Shown here: one piece after another, positions 47,903-57,037 of the stretch | How the letters are laid out: every line of letters begins with the position of its first letter | Numbering within the stretch: the first letter of the stretch is position 1 | Assembly: GCA_050951805.1 (NCBI GenBank) | Contig: JBMNJT010000002.1 | Span: forward strand, 1,152,001 to 1,216,000 | Origin: Bacillota bacterium | GTDB taxonomy: Bacteria; Bacillota; DTU025 | Reading direction: 5' to 3' | Length of the DNA: 64,000 nt | Made by a program: the position numbers and the translations under genes | Notes under the pieces: generated by a model | Database searches by the model: none | What the model was told of the DNA's origin: nothing | What the model saw: the letters and a program-made list of their open reading frames with translations, nothing else

Positions 47903-47928
47903 AGGAATTTCCCCAGATAACGTAGAAG
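47903..47928 (+). promoter_or_regulatory. Putative sigma-H promoter upstream of exbB
   Basis: AGGAA-N14-GTAGAAG. Shares ACGTAGAA with the element upstream of pilB. Confidence 0.4.
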
Positions 47929-47984
47929 AATGGAGGAGCGTCCAAACATCACAAGCGGGCGCATTTGTCGGTAGAGGGGGAGCT

Positions 47985-48611
47985 ATGGCGATGCTAAAAT
48001 ACATAAAAGCCGGCGGACCAGTCATGTACCCAATCATTTTTGTGTCAATAATCGGACTAGCCGTCGTCATCGAGAAGATCATCCAACTTTTCCATACACA
48101 AACAGACTCGGATCGCATCATGCGCTCGGTCAAACTCAACCTTGCACAGGGACGCCCCGTAGAGGCAATGCAGGCCGTAAAGAATGAAAAAGGGCCTATC
48201 GCGGGCGTTGCCCGCGCCGCTATAGCAAATTACGATAAACCCCGTGAACAGATCAGGGCGGCGGTAGAAGCCGCAGGCCGGGAAGAGGTATTCATGATGG
48301 AGCGGAAGATGAACGTGCTCGACGGTGTCATCACGCTTGCACCTCTTCTCGGCCTTCTCGGAACCGTTACTGGCCTCATCAAGAGCTTTCAGGTCCTGTC
48401 GGCGTTCGGGGGCCTCACTACGCCGGCACAGCTTTCGGGCGGCATCGCGGAAGCGATGATCACGACTGCTGCAGGGCTCATCGTTGCCACGCCTCTGGTT
48501 ATCATTGAAAGTTGGCTCTCAGTGGTGATAGACGACAGAGTGGCAGACATGGAGAAGTACGCCATTGAGCTCATAGCGTTGGCGGCAGGCGAAGATGAGG
48601 GGGACCAGTGA
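47985..48611 (+). CDS. exbB: MotA/TolQ/ExbB proton channel protein
   Basis: GGPVMYPI, APLLGLLGTVTGLIKSF, GGIAEAMITTAAGL.VA.P. Confidence 0.93.
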   Translation: MAMLKYIKAGGPVMYPIIFVSIIGLAVVIEKIIQLFHTQTDSDRIMRSVKLNLAQGRPVEAMQAVKNEKGPIAGVARAAIANYDKPREQIRAAVEAAGREEVFMMERKMNVLDGVITLAPLLGLLGTVTGLIKSFQVLSAFGGLTTPAQLSGGIAEAMITTAAGLIVATPLVIIESWLSVVIDDRVADMEKYAIELIALAAGEDEGDQ

Positions 48612-49039
48612 TGTTCGAGAATCACCGTGCAAAGAGAAGGTTAGGCCATGTGATAATAACGCCGCTCATCGACGTCATGTTCTATCTAGTCGCTTTCTTG
48701 CTGGTTTTCGGCACATTCCGAACGGAGACCACTGGAATGCCTATGGAGCTTCCAAGGGCTGCAACTCCGAGCGATCTTGCTCGCGAACACATCATCGTGG
48801 CTATCGATTCGAGCGGGCGAATCTACTATGACGAACGGATTGTGGTCGACGGCGAGCTTACCACCGGGCTATTGCCGAGACTAGCTGCGAACCCTGATCG
48901 CCTCGTCATCATAAAGGCGGACAAGTCAGTCACTTATGAAAGACTCATTCAGGTAATCGACGCGATCAGGATGGCCGGCGGAGTCCACCTGGCTCTTGCC
49001 GTCGAACGTGCTCCGCAATCGGGCGGTGTTGAGAGATGA
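48608..49039 (+). CDS. exbD: ExbD/TolR protein
   Basis: ITPLIDVMF with the conserved TM Asp, and IKADKSVTY..LIQVID. Confidence 0.93.
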   Translation: MMFENHRAKRRLGHVIITPLIDVMFYLVAFLLVFGTFRTETTGMPMELPRAATPSDLAREHIIVAIDSSGRIYYDERIVVDGELTTGLLPRLAANPDRLVIIKADKSVTYERLIQVIDAIRMAGGVHLALAVERAPQSGGVER

Positions 49040-50019
49040 TCCAGAGTCGGCAGACTCAAGGTCAGTTGGAGAGCTTGCTGATATCGGTGCTCATCCATGC
49101 GGCGATCATATTCCTGGTGCCGTACGTGGCGCCTGCGCCAACCGTGGATGTGTATCCGCTCGACGTTGCGGGGGTCATAGAGATATCCGCAATTGAAACA
49201 GAGCCTGCCTCCCCGGCACCTGCGCCAGGGCTCAATGTGAAGGAAGTTGCGCCAACGCCGGCGTCGGAGCCTCCAAAGGCAGCGCCGACGAAGAAGAAAG
49301 ATCCTAAACCTGCGGTAGCACCAGCGCCTGCCGCCAAACCACAGCCTCAGCCAGCGGCTGAGCCGAAACCAGTGGAGAAGACGGAACCGAAGGTCCCAAC
49401 GCCCGCAGTTGACAAGCCCGAAGTTGTTTCGAGTCCAGCAGGAAAGAGCGTTGCCCCGGCTTCGGAACCCGAACCTGTTCCCGCTGCTGCGCCCGCACAG
49501 GTTCCAGAACCGAATTCGACATTGAGCAAGGCTGTCGAGTCGCCGACTGCATCGGCCAAGAGCTATACGGAAGCGAAGCCTGCCTCGGGATCAGGCACTG
49601 TCGGCGGAACGGGTGAAAAACCTCCGACTGCAGGAGATCCTGGAGAAACCGGAGTAGTTCCGCGGCCGGAATACCCAGGTGACGATCGTACGGGATACGG
49701 AATGATAAGTTCTACAGGCGGCGCCGGTCACGGCGTGGTTATACCCAAAGGCGTGCAGAACATCAAGGGTCGGGGAGAAGCAAAAGTTAGGATACGCGTG
49801 ACATCGGACGGAAAGGTCGACTCAGTTAGTTTCTTGATTCCGCCGCCGGATAAGGCTATGGAAAAACCTATCCGCAACGCGATTATGGGGGAATGGGTTT
49901 TCAAACCAGACACAACTTTGGGACGGGAAGACGCCTATTACCTCGATGTATGGATCAGCTATGATGGCGGAACGGAGGATATATCGGTCGAAAGCGAACG
50001 CGTTTCGTATAAAAGGTGA
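49036..50019 (+). CDS. TonB/TolA-like energy transducer
   Basis: TM with SVLIH (SxxxH), a long Pro/Ala/Lys/Glu-rich linker, and C-terminal G.AKVRIRVTSDGKV...WVFKP resembling TonB_C. Confidence 0.8.
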   Translation: MIQSRQTQGQLESLLISVLIHAAIIFLVPYVAPAPTVDVYPLDVAGVIEISAIETEPASPAPAPGLNVKEVAPTPASEPPKAAPTKKKDPKPAVAPAPAAKPQPQPAAEPKPVEKTEPKVPTPAVDKPEVVSSPAGKSVAPASEPEPVPAAAPAQVPEPNSTLSKAVESPTASAKSYTEAKPASGSGTVGGTGEKPPTAGDPGETGVVPRPEYPGDDRTGYGMISSTGGAGHGVVIPKGVQNIKGRGEAKVRIRVTSDGKVDSVSFLIPPPDKAMEKPIRNAIMGEWVFKPDTTLGREDAYYLDVWISYDGGTEDISVESERVSYKR

Positions 50020-50038
50020 TTGTTGAACGCACGCGGAG

Positions 50039-52063
50039 GTGCCTTATATCATGGTAAGATCATGCAAGGCGCGCGCGGTCGTCACAGCTCTTGTCCTTCT
50101 CTGGTGTGCATTTATCATGCATCCGGGAATCTCACGAGCGGACACTGCGGCGCCTGTTGAGATAAGCAATCAATTCATCAGGATCACCGTGAATCCCGGA
50201 CCCGCAGAGGCGGGTAGGTTTGGATTGGAGACCACTGGGGGCGATCCCCGAAACCCAGCCGACGATGGACTGCCGCTTATTTACGGACGCCCTATGCCGT
50301 GGACTTCCTATACGACGGTTCGCATCGACGGTTCAGATTGGGTCTTCGGCGGGAAAACGACTCGTCGCGCTGGAAGATCAGGTATGTATGGCGAACAGGT
50401 ACGGCCTCCTCAGATAGAGGACGGCAAGGTCGTCTGCAGCTACATGCTGGGAGATATTCTTGTCACCCAGGAACTTTCATTTGTAAAGAGTCCGAGCACG
50501 CGTTACCTCGATACTGCGAGGATCCACTACAAGCTGGAGAATACGGGGAGCGTGACGCGGAGTGTGGGCTTGCGGTTGATGATCGACACGATGCTCGGAG
50601 CCAACGACGGAGCGCCACTCCGTGTCGGTGAAAAGACGATCGTTTCAGATACTATGCTTTCAAGAAGAGAGATACCTGATTATTGGCAAGCCTTTGATTC
50701 CATTGTCGAGCCTTCTGTTACTGCGCAGGGAACAATGGCTGGGGGCGAGCTCACGCCTCCAACTCAGATAGCTTTCTCCGATTGGGGTTCGTTTGCCGAC
50801 AATTTATGGGACGTCAATCTCGTTCACGGCAGGGAATTTGTGCGCGCCAGAGAGTCTGACCTCGATTCTGCGGTCGCGATGTACTGGTCGCCATCGCTTC
50901 TAGCACCCGGGGAAGTGAGGCATTATGTGACATATTATGGCTTGGGCGGGATTACCCTGGCCCCTGGCAAGCTGGCTCTGGGAATGACAGCACCGTCCGA
51001 AGTAGGGCTTTCTGCTGACGGGACGGCCTCGTTCCTCGCAGTGGCCTACGTAAGCAATACCGGGGAAGGGCCGGCTCATGATGTGACTGCTTCTCTGTCG
51101 CTTCCAATCGGGTTTACCCTGGCAGATGGACATGCCAGGACCCGAACGGTTGGCGATCTTGAGCCGGGAGAGACCGCACAGGTAGCATGGCAAGTGATTG
51201 CCTCATGGGGTGCTGTTGGCGGCGGCAACCTAGAGGTCAATGTGAGCGCGACCAACGCCAACCCGAACAAGGTTTCAAGGCGTGTCGAGATACTGGCGCC
51301 TCCGCGCCTGTTGGCGAGGATAAGCCATTTGGAAGCCCTCCAAGTGCGCGGGGAGGAGATCTACCCGTGGCCCGTGAGGCTGACGGTTCGTGTGGAGAAC
51401 ACCGGAGGATCGCCGGCTCATTGGGCCAGGGTCAAGCTGGACTCGATTGGGGGCTTCTCCGTTATCGGAGGCGATGTAACGCAGTTGCTGATTGGGACGT
51501 TGGAACCCAATCGCCCACTCGACTTCACTTGGGTTCTGGGGGGCCATCCCGATGCAGGCACCCACACCATTCTGGTGAGCGCTTCTGCTGATGATGTGCC
51601 GGCGTCGAGCGCTAGCGCATCTATTCAGGTGCCTTTGCTCGTGCCAAAGGTTTGGGTGAAGCCCAGCAAAACACGGGTAATGCCTGGCGACATATTCAGT
51701 GTGGACGTTATGATAACCAATGTCCCTGATCTGAAATCTGCTAAGTTCGATTTGAGGTACGATAATGACTTCGTCGATCTGGCCCTCGTGTCAAGAGGCG
51801 GACTATTTGCTGCAGGCGGTGAGCTCATGCCGTGGAGCGAGGGAGATTCCCGATCGACGCCGGGCCGAGTCGCAGGGACGTGGGGCTCCTTGAATTCGCC
51901 TGGGTATGCTTGGGGCAGCGCGGCAACATTCTACTTCCAGGCGAGAGCAATGGGAGATGCGCGATTTTCCGTAGAAAATCTCGTTCTTTCGGACGCGTCA
52001 GGCAGGGTGATATCGCTGGAATCCGTCCCTACTCCCTGCACGGTTCAGATCACCAGGCAATAA
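50039..52063 (+). CDS. Exported multi-domain beta-rich protein with Ig-like (NEW3/CARDB-like) repeats and a C-terminal cohesin-like domain
   Basis: Signal peptide ending ...SRA. V.NTG...A...L.PG motifs occur twice. C-terminal V.PGDIFSVDV.ITNV.DL.SAKFDLRYD...A...F.A...G. Confidence 0.75.
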   Translation: MPYIMVRSCKARAVVTALVLLWCAFIMHPGISRADTAAPVEISNQFIRITVNPGPAEAGRFGLETTGGDPRNPADDGLPLIYGRPMPWTSYTTVRIDGSDWVFGGKTTRRAGRSGMYGEQVRPPQIEDGKVVCSYMLGDILVTQELSFVKSPSTRYLDTARIHYKLENTGSVTRSVGLRLMIDTMLGANDGAPLRVGEKTIVSDTMLSRREIPDYWQAFDSIVEPSVTAQGTMAGGELTPPTQIAFSDWGSFADNLWDVNLVHGREFVRARESDLDSAVAMYWSPSLLAPGEVRHYVTYYGLGGITLAPGKLALGMTAPSEVGLSADGTASFLAVAYVSNTGEGPAHDVTASLSLPIGFTLADGHARTRTVGDLEPGETAQVAWQVIASWGAVGGGNLEVNVSATNANPNKVSRRVEILAPPRLLARISHLEALQVRGEEIYPWPVRLTVRVENTGGSPAHWARVKLDSIGGFSVIGGDVTQLLIGTLEPNRPLDFTWVLGGHPDAGTHTILVSASADDVPASSASASIQVPLLVPKVWVKPSKTRVMPGDIFSVDVMITNVPDLKSAKFDLRYDNDFVDLALVSRGGLFAAGGELMPWSEGDSRSTPGRVAGTWGSLNSPGYAWGSAATFYFQARAMGDARFSVENLVLSDASGRVISLESVPTPCTVQITRQ

Positions 52064-52087
52064 CATCAACGGTCAAATGGGGGGGTC

Positions 52088-54475
52088 ATGATGTCTGAGA
52101 TTTCGAAGCGGCTGAGCATCACAGCGATAAGTGTGCTGATAGTGATCTCGCTAATGTCCTCAGCAGTCCTGGCGGCGCCGGTCACAATAAGGGACGTGCC
52201 GGAGGATCATTGGGCATACGAAGCAGTGAAGCTTCTTGTAGAAAAGGGATATATGGGCGTATATGAGAGCGGCAATTTCTGTGGAGATGATCCGGTCAGC
52301 AGGTATTTGCTTGCCTTTGTGACGGCAAAACTCCTCCGTGATGTGGAGGCGGGCCGTACAACTCTGAGCGAGGACGACATGAGAGTGGTTAGGGAGACAG
52401 CCACGGTCCTCAGGGAGCAGTTGGCTGTGGTCACTGCCAGGCTGGAGGAGGTAGAGCGGATTGCCGCCGGTGCGGCAGGCGACGCCAAAATCGCGCAGGA
52501 GACTTCTGCTTCAGTGGCGCTCAACTACAGCCGGTTGGAACAGGCCATGGAGGAGCAGCGCAAGCAATTGCTGGCGGAGATCGGAAAGACCGCGGGTGCG
52601 TCCGATCAGAAGCTTACTGCGGTCTTCGGTGATCTGAAGAAACAGAGTCAAGAGATCGAAACAGAGCTGGGCCAGGAGATTTCGGAGCTTGCGGCCAGAG
52701 CCGACTCCTTGGAGGCTTTTGCACATAGGTCGTTTGCTTCTGAGGCCCAGTCTCGTGCTGATCTCGAGGCCAAGCTGACGCTATCTCTGAATAAGATCAG
52801 CGAGGACCAGCGGGCTTATGTTGCCCAGATGAATGAGCTCGGGGCGCGGGTAAATGACGTTGACGGAAGATTGAACGCGCTTCAGTCGGAGACGGGATCA
52901 CGCATAGCCACGCTCTCTCTCAGGCTTGATGACACAGCTAAAGGCTTGGCAGCGAATAAGGCCTGGATGGAGAGCGCATTGGCAGCGCTTGATAACAAGG
53001 TCAGCCAGCTGTCAGACGCTTTGGATGCTCAGCGCGTCGACACTGAGCTGAAGCTCGGGTCGATGCAGGCATATCAGAACGGACAGCTTTCATCTGCCAT
53101 AGAGGGCGAACGTGTTGCTAGGGAAAAGGCAGATGCAGGACTGGTGCAACAGATAGATGCTCTGTCGCTTTCTCTGAGCAAGGAGACTCAAGAGCGGAAG
53201 GCTTCGGATGCGGAGATTGCGGCCCGCCAAGCTGAGCTCGAATCGACGCTCAATCTCAAGATAGACAGCGCGATCCAGACTGAGCGTGCCACGCGAGCTT
53301 CCGAACTTGCCGAACTCATGGCGAGGCTGGAGTCTTTAACATCGTCCCAGGACGAATTGGAGCAGACAACTGCTCTCAGATTGGCTGCGGGGATAGAACG
53401 TGAAAAGGCCGATAGGGAAAAGGCGCAGGCAGGACTGGCGCAACAGGTAAGCGCCTTGTCTTTGTCCTTGGATGAAGAGTCCAAAGCGCGAGAGGCTCTG
53501 GGCCTCGATATGTTGGCCCGCCAAGCTCAGCTTGAATCTGCGCTAACTCGCAAAATCGACAGTGCGATCGAAGGCGAAAACGCCGACAGGAAGGCGGCTT
53601 ATGCGGAACTCTCGAGCAAGATAGATGCCTTTTCACTTTCCTTGGGCAAGGAACTCGAGACCGAGCGCGCGCAGCGTGAAGCGGCAGATATTGCCCACCA
53701 GGAAGAGGCAAGAAGGATTCTGGATGAAATTGCGGCCGCCCGGCGCGACATTACTGACATAGAAAGAAAGACTGCAGAAGCAGACGCTGCCATCATTGCG
53801 GCCCTGGAGATCCAGGAGAGCCGAGTCGCCGAACTCGGTGCAGAACTTGCACGTCTCGCTGCAGATGTGAGGACCCTCCAGGAGTATGCTGCAGGCATCG
53901 AGGCGGAGCTGCTCCAGATGTCTGAAAAGACCAGCGAGGATTATGCGTCACAGCAAGCTGCCCTGGCGGAGTTGGCGAAGGCCTTGGACCAGACATCTGC
54001 CGATCTGTCAGCGGCCATCAAGGCCAATGCCGCAGAAGACCTGAAGACCAACGGAAGGGTGCTTCAGAACACCATGCGCATTCAGGATGTGGCGAGGAGT
54101 CTTGACGCTACGAATGAACGTTTGGGGCAGACCGATGTAGCAGTTCGTCAGGCCGAAGGCTCGATAGAGGAGATAACTGCTAGGCTCGCCGAGATAGATT
54201 CACATCTAGCAAGCATAGACAGGTTGCTTGCAGGAAGTGTGGACGAGTTAGCCAAAAAATTCTCGGATGACCTTGTGGCGGAAAGATGGGAAGCCGAGAT
54301 GAGAGAGGTCAAGCTTCAATCGATGATTGAAGAGCTTGAGGCGAGGGTGGAAAAACTTGAGGGTGAGAAGGCCCAGGCAGATGCGAAAAAGCCCGGTTCT
54401 GCCGGAGCCATCGTTGCAGTACTCGGCGTTATTGCCGCTGTAGCTGCAATAGCTATAGGAAGCGGGGGCAAGTAG
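52088..54475 (+). CDS. SLH-domain protein with a very long coiled coil and C-terminal hydrophobic anchor (Omp-alpha-like)
   Basis: Signal peptide, SLH (RDVPEDHWAYEAVKLLVEKGYM..Y..G.F.GDDPVSRY), about 670 aa of helical heptad-type sequence, and C-terminal GAIVAVLGVIAAVAAIAIG. No beta-barrel. Confidence 0.85.
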   Translation: MMSEISKRLSITAISVLIVISLMSSAVLAAPVTIRDVPEDHWAYEAVKLLVEKGYMGVYESGNFCGDDPVSRYLLAFVTAKLLRDVEAGRTTLSEDDMRVVRETATVLREQLAVVTARLEEVERIAAGAAGDAKIAQETSASVALNYSRLEQAMEEQRKQLLAEIGKTAGASDQKLTAVFGDLKKQSQEIETELGQEISELAARADSLEAFAHRSFASEAQSRADLEAKLTLSLNKISEDQRAYVAQMNELGARVNDVDGRLNALQSETGSRIATLSLRLDDTAKGLAANKAWMESALAALDNKVSQLSDALDAQRVDTELKLGSMQAYQNGQLSSAIEGERVAREKADAGLVQQIDALSLSLSKETQERKASDAEIAARQAELESTLNLKIDSAIQTERATRASELAELMARLESLTSSQDELEQTTALRLAAGIEREKADREKAQAGLAQQVSALSLSLDEESKAREALGLDMLARQAQLESALTRKIDSAIEGENADRKAAYAELSSKIDAFSLSLGKELETERAQREAADIAHQEEARRILDEIAAARRDITDIERKTAEADAAIIAALEIQESRVAELGAELARLAADVRTLQEYAAGIEAELLQMSEKTSEDYASQQAALAELAKALDQTSADLSAAIKANAAEDLKTNGRVLQNTMRIQDVARSLDATNERLGQTDVAVRQAEGSIEEITARLAEIDSHLASIDRLLAGSVDELAKKFSDDLVAERWEAEMREVKLQSMIEELEARVEKLEGEKAQADAKKPGSAGAIVAVLGVIAAVAAIAIGSGGK

Positions 54476-54555
54476 GAAACTCTCGAGGGCTCTAATGCTC
54501 CTTTTGGAAGCGTTTTGCCTTTTCTTTGAGGCGGTATACGTAGCATGTAGCTTAT

Positions 54556-54592
54556 AAGCAGGCTGGGGTCGTTGAGGCCCCGGCCTGCTTTT
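54556..54592 (+). terminator. Intrinsic terminator of the exbB-SLH operon
   Basis: AAGCAGGCTGGGGTC-loop-GGCCCCGGCCTGCTTTT. Confidence 0.75.
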
Positions 54593-54939
54593 GATCAAAG
54601 AACGAAGATTGTCTCTTCAGGTCTTGGTATCGATCATGGCAATGGTGCATGATTCTCGCGTTAAGCTGTAATCCCTGTCCTCAAACTTCTCATGGCAACC
54701 ATTGACGTTCACTTCAGCGGTCCCTCCAACTCCGTTCTGCGGGTTCCTTGCCACAACTGCTATGAGGCAGTTGCAGCAACGGGGCAAGGTACTATGATGA
54801 AAGGTCTTTTCATCGCCATTTCTCCCTTCACAGAATAGAATCTCCATGTAGTGCCCGGTTTGTCAAGTCAACCATCTGAAATGCTCTGGCGGGTACCGGA
54901 GAGAATCCGGATTGGCTTTGAAAGCGCCCATGGCATGGA

Positions 54940-54967
54940 ACCAAAGGTACGCCAAAGTCATAATGTA
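54940..54967 (+). promoter_or_regulatory. Putative sigma-K (or sigma-E) promoter
   Basis: AC-N17-CATAATGTA matches the sigma-K consensus AC...CATAnnnTA, about 50 nt upstream of the ORF at 55018. Confidence 0.45.
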
Positions 54968-55017
54968 TACCGCTTTGAGGTTTGCAGGTGGCGAAAGGCG
55001 CAAGGAGGAGAGTGTGA

Positions 55018-55185
55018 ATGGAAGAGTCTTTAAACAGGGAATTCATTGCTGACATCCTCACAATAGCAACGATAGCCATTAGCCTATGGCTGACCGGGGA
55101 GAGAGACGATACCGTGTTGGAAAAAAAGTGCGAGACACTGCCGAACATGGGGATGTTTCGTCCTTTCGGCGAACTGTCCAAGTAG
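55018..55185 (+). CDS. 55-aa hypothetical protein, missing from the ORF track
   Basis: AAGGAGGAG RBS. MEESLNREFIADILTIATIAISLWLTGERDDTVLEKKCETLPNMGMFRPFGELSK. Ends 18 nt before the subtilase. Confidence 0.7.
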   Translation: MEESLNREFIADILTIATIAISLWLTGERDDTVLEKKCETLPNMGMFRPFGELSK

Positions 55186-55203
55186 GGCAGGGGAGGTAGG
55201 ATC

Positions 55204-56400
55204 ATGCGTAGATGTCAGAGGCTTGGGGGAAATCTGGGCGTTCAGTCTTTTCGCTTCTCTGCGACAGGGAGGCCTAGGGAGCAAAAGATCGTGGTCTTCG
55301 ATCAGAACATCAGCCGAAACCAGTGGGCAGAGATCCTTGCGAACTGTCGTGGACATATTCTCCGTGAGCTACCGCTCGTTAATGGGGTATTGGTTTTGGT
55401 AGACGAAGAAGAGATTGCAGACGTACAGGCGTTGGCTCAATCGCGTTCAGGTGTGGTGAGAGTCGAAGACGATATCGATATAGAGTTAGCCTATGAGGTA
55501 GGCAAAGTGCAGTGGGGTCCGAGGTTTCGGGAGGACGTTCCCTGGGGCGTGAAGAGGATAAACATCGGGGACGCAAGTCAAACGGGAAATGGTGTGAATG
55601 TAGGGATATTAGACACAGGCGTTGACTCGCGCCACCCGGACCTCGCTGGGAACATAAAGGGCGGCTATAGCGCGATTGCCAGAATCGATTCCGCCTCAGA
55701 CGACAACGGCCATGGTACCCATGTAGCAGGGACAATAGGTGCACTGCAAAACAGTATTGGGGTGCTTGGGGTTGCGCCGAGAGCGAATATCTATGCAATC
55801 AAGGTCTTGGATGCGAAAGGATCCGGGAAGCTGTCCAGTCTGATCGATGGCATCGGTTGGTGTGTGGAAAAGGGTATCAAAGTGGTCAACATGAGCCTCA
55901 GTTCGAGCACTGAGAACCAGACATTTAGGGACATGGTTCAGAGTGCGCGCAAAGCAGGAATAACAATGGTATGTGCAGCAGGCAATCGCGGGCCTGGCAG
56001 CAATAGTGTGGGCTATCCGGCAAAGTACGTGGAATCCATAGCGGTTGCGGCTATTGATGAGAATGACAACATCGCCAACTTCTCAAGCAGGGGGCGGGAG
56101 ATCTCGATTTCGGCTCCGGGAGTTGATATTCTCTCAACCTGGCCGGGCAAGCAATACAGGAAGAGCACGGGGACATCAATGGCGGCGCCCCACGTTACAG
56201 GTGCAGTGGCGCTCCTTCTTGAGGCGGATCCGAGCTTGTCTCCGGCAGATATCAAGTCATTGCTGCAGGCAAGCGCCGACAGACTAGACGGAGTCAGTTC
56301 TGACGAGCAAGGTGCCGGAGTTCTCAACGTCTCTCAGGCCCTGTCAAGAGTATCGAAAAAACGGGTTCGCGAGGTTTGCGTTATGGGGGTGGCGACATGA
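55204..56400 (+). CDS. S8 subtilisin-family serine protease with propeptide and no signal peptide
   Basis: Catalytic triad motifs ILDTG, DDNGHGTHVAGTI and GTSMAAPHV, oxyanion AAGN, GGGGAGG RBS. Confidence 0.95.
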   Translation: MRRCQRLGGNLGVQSFRFSATGRPREQKIVVFDQNISRNQWAEILANCRGHILRELPLVNGVLVLVDEEEIADVQALAQSRSGVVRVEDDIDIELAYEVGKVQWGPRFREDVPWGVKRINIGDASQTGNGVNVGILDTGVDSRHPDLAGNIKGGYSAIARIDSASDDNGHGTHVAGTIGALQNSIGVLGVAPRANIYAIKVLDAKGSGKLSSLIDGIGWCVEKGIKVVNMSLSSSTENQTFRDMVQSARKAGITMVCAAGNRGPGSNSVGYPAKYVESIAVAAIDENDNIANFSSRGREISISAPGVDILSTWPGKQYRKSTGTSMAAPHVTGAVALLLEADPSLSPADIKSLLQASADRLDGVSSDEQGAGVLNVSQALSRVSKKRVREVCVMGVAT

Positions 56401-56894
56401 GAATTCCGACCGATCCAGACAGTATAGGGCTGATAAAGGCTATGCGTCCTTTCCTGAGCGAGAGGGGGCAGGCGGCGGTAGATGATGTCCTGGGTTCTGT
56501 TAACTTAGTAGGCATTTACACTTCAGTCAGCGATGTGTTGACCAAACGGCGCGGCATGGGGCACGATCGTCCTTTGGCCTTCCTGTCGAGCCTGGCTAAT
56601 ATGGAACTCGATCCTAAGATAATTGCGAAGGCGGTGGACAGCATGATGGAGATGTCAAAAAAGCCTGAGTCGGAGCCGGAAAGGGCAACCAGCCTTAATG
56701 GGCCCTCTGGCCCGAGTGCCGATGATGTGGCCAAAATGTTGCAGAACGTGATGGCTAAGGCGTCTTCTGATCCGAATTTTGCTGCGCTTCTTGGCTCGCT
56801 TGCGGAGGAAGGAATGAGGTCAAACATGTTGCCAAAACTCCTGGAGTCGCTTGGACCGGAATTCCTGCCGCCACAGGACCAGCCTGAGCAGTGA
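56397..56894 (+). CDS. Hypothetical helical protein
   Basis: The ATGA start overlaps the subtilase stop. N-terminal LIKAMRPFLSERGQAAVD motif. Confidence 0.75.
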   Translation: MRIPTDPDSIGLIKAMRPFLSERGQAAVDDVLGSVNLVGIYTSVSDVLTKRRGMGHDRPLAFLSSLANMELDPKIIAKAVDSMMEMSKKPESEPERATSLNGPSGPSADDVAKMLQNVMAKASSDPNFAALLGSLAEEGMRSNMLPKLLESLGPEFLPPQDQPEQ

Positions 56895-56908
56895 TAGGGG
56901 GTGTTCGG

Positions 56909-57010
56909 GTGAATCTGGGCGATATATTTGGGCCAGGCAGTGCATTGGGAAAACTCCTTCCGCTCTTGATCATGTTGATCATCTTTCTTTTCATAGAATG
57001 GTGGTTCTAG
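56909..57010 (+). CDS. 33-aa hydrophobic microprotein
   Basis: AGGGGGTG RBS and GTG start. MNLGDIFGPGSALGKLLPLLIMLIIFLFIEWWF. Confidence 0.65.
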   Translation: MNLGDIFGPGSALGKLLPLLIMLIIFLFIEWWF

Positions 57011-57037
57011 CGATAAACCGAATCGGGGGTGACTTCA

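Noticed and set aside
50039-52063. Cellulosome scaffoldin interpretation of the cohesin-like protein
   Set aside because: It has a single cohesin-like domain and there are no dockerins or CAZymes in the window. Such domains also occur outside cellulosomes.
54617-54847. 76-aa minus-strand ORF or possible gene remnant
   Set aside because: No recognisable motif. The best RBS leads to a different frame only 19 codons long, so support is insufficient.
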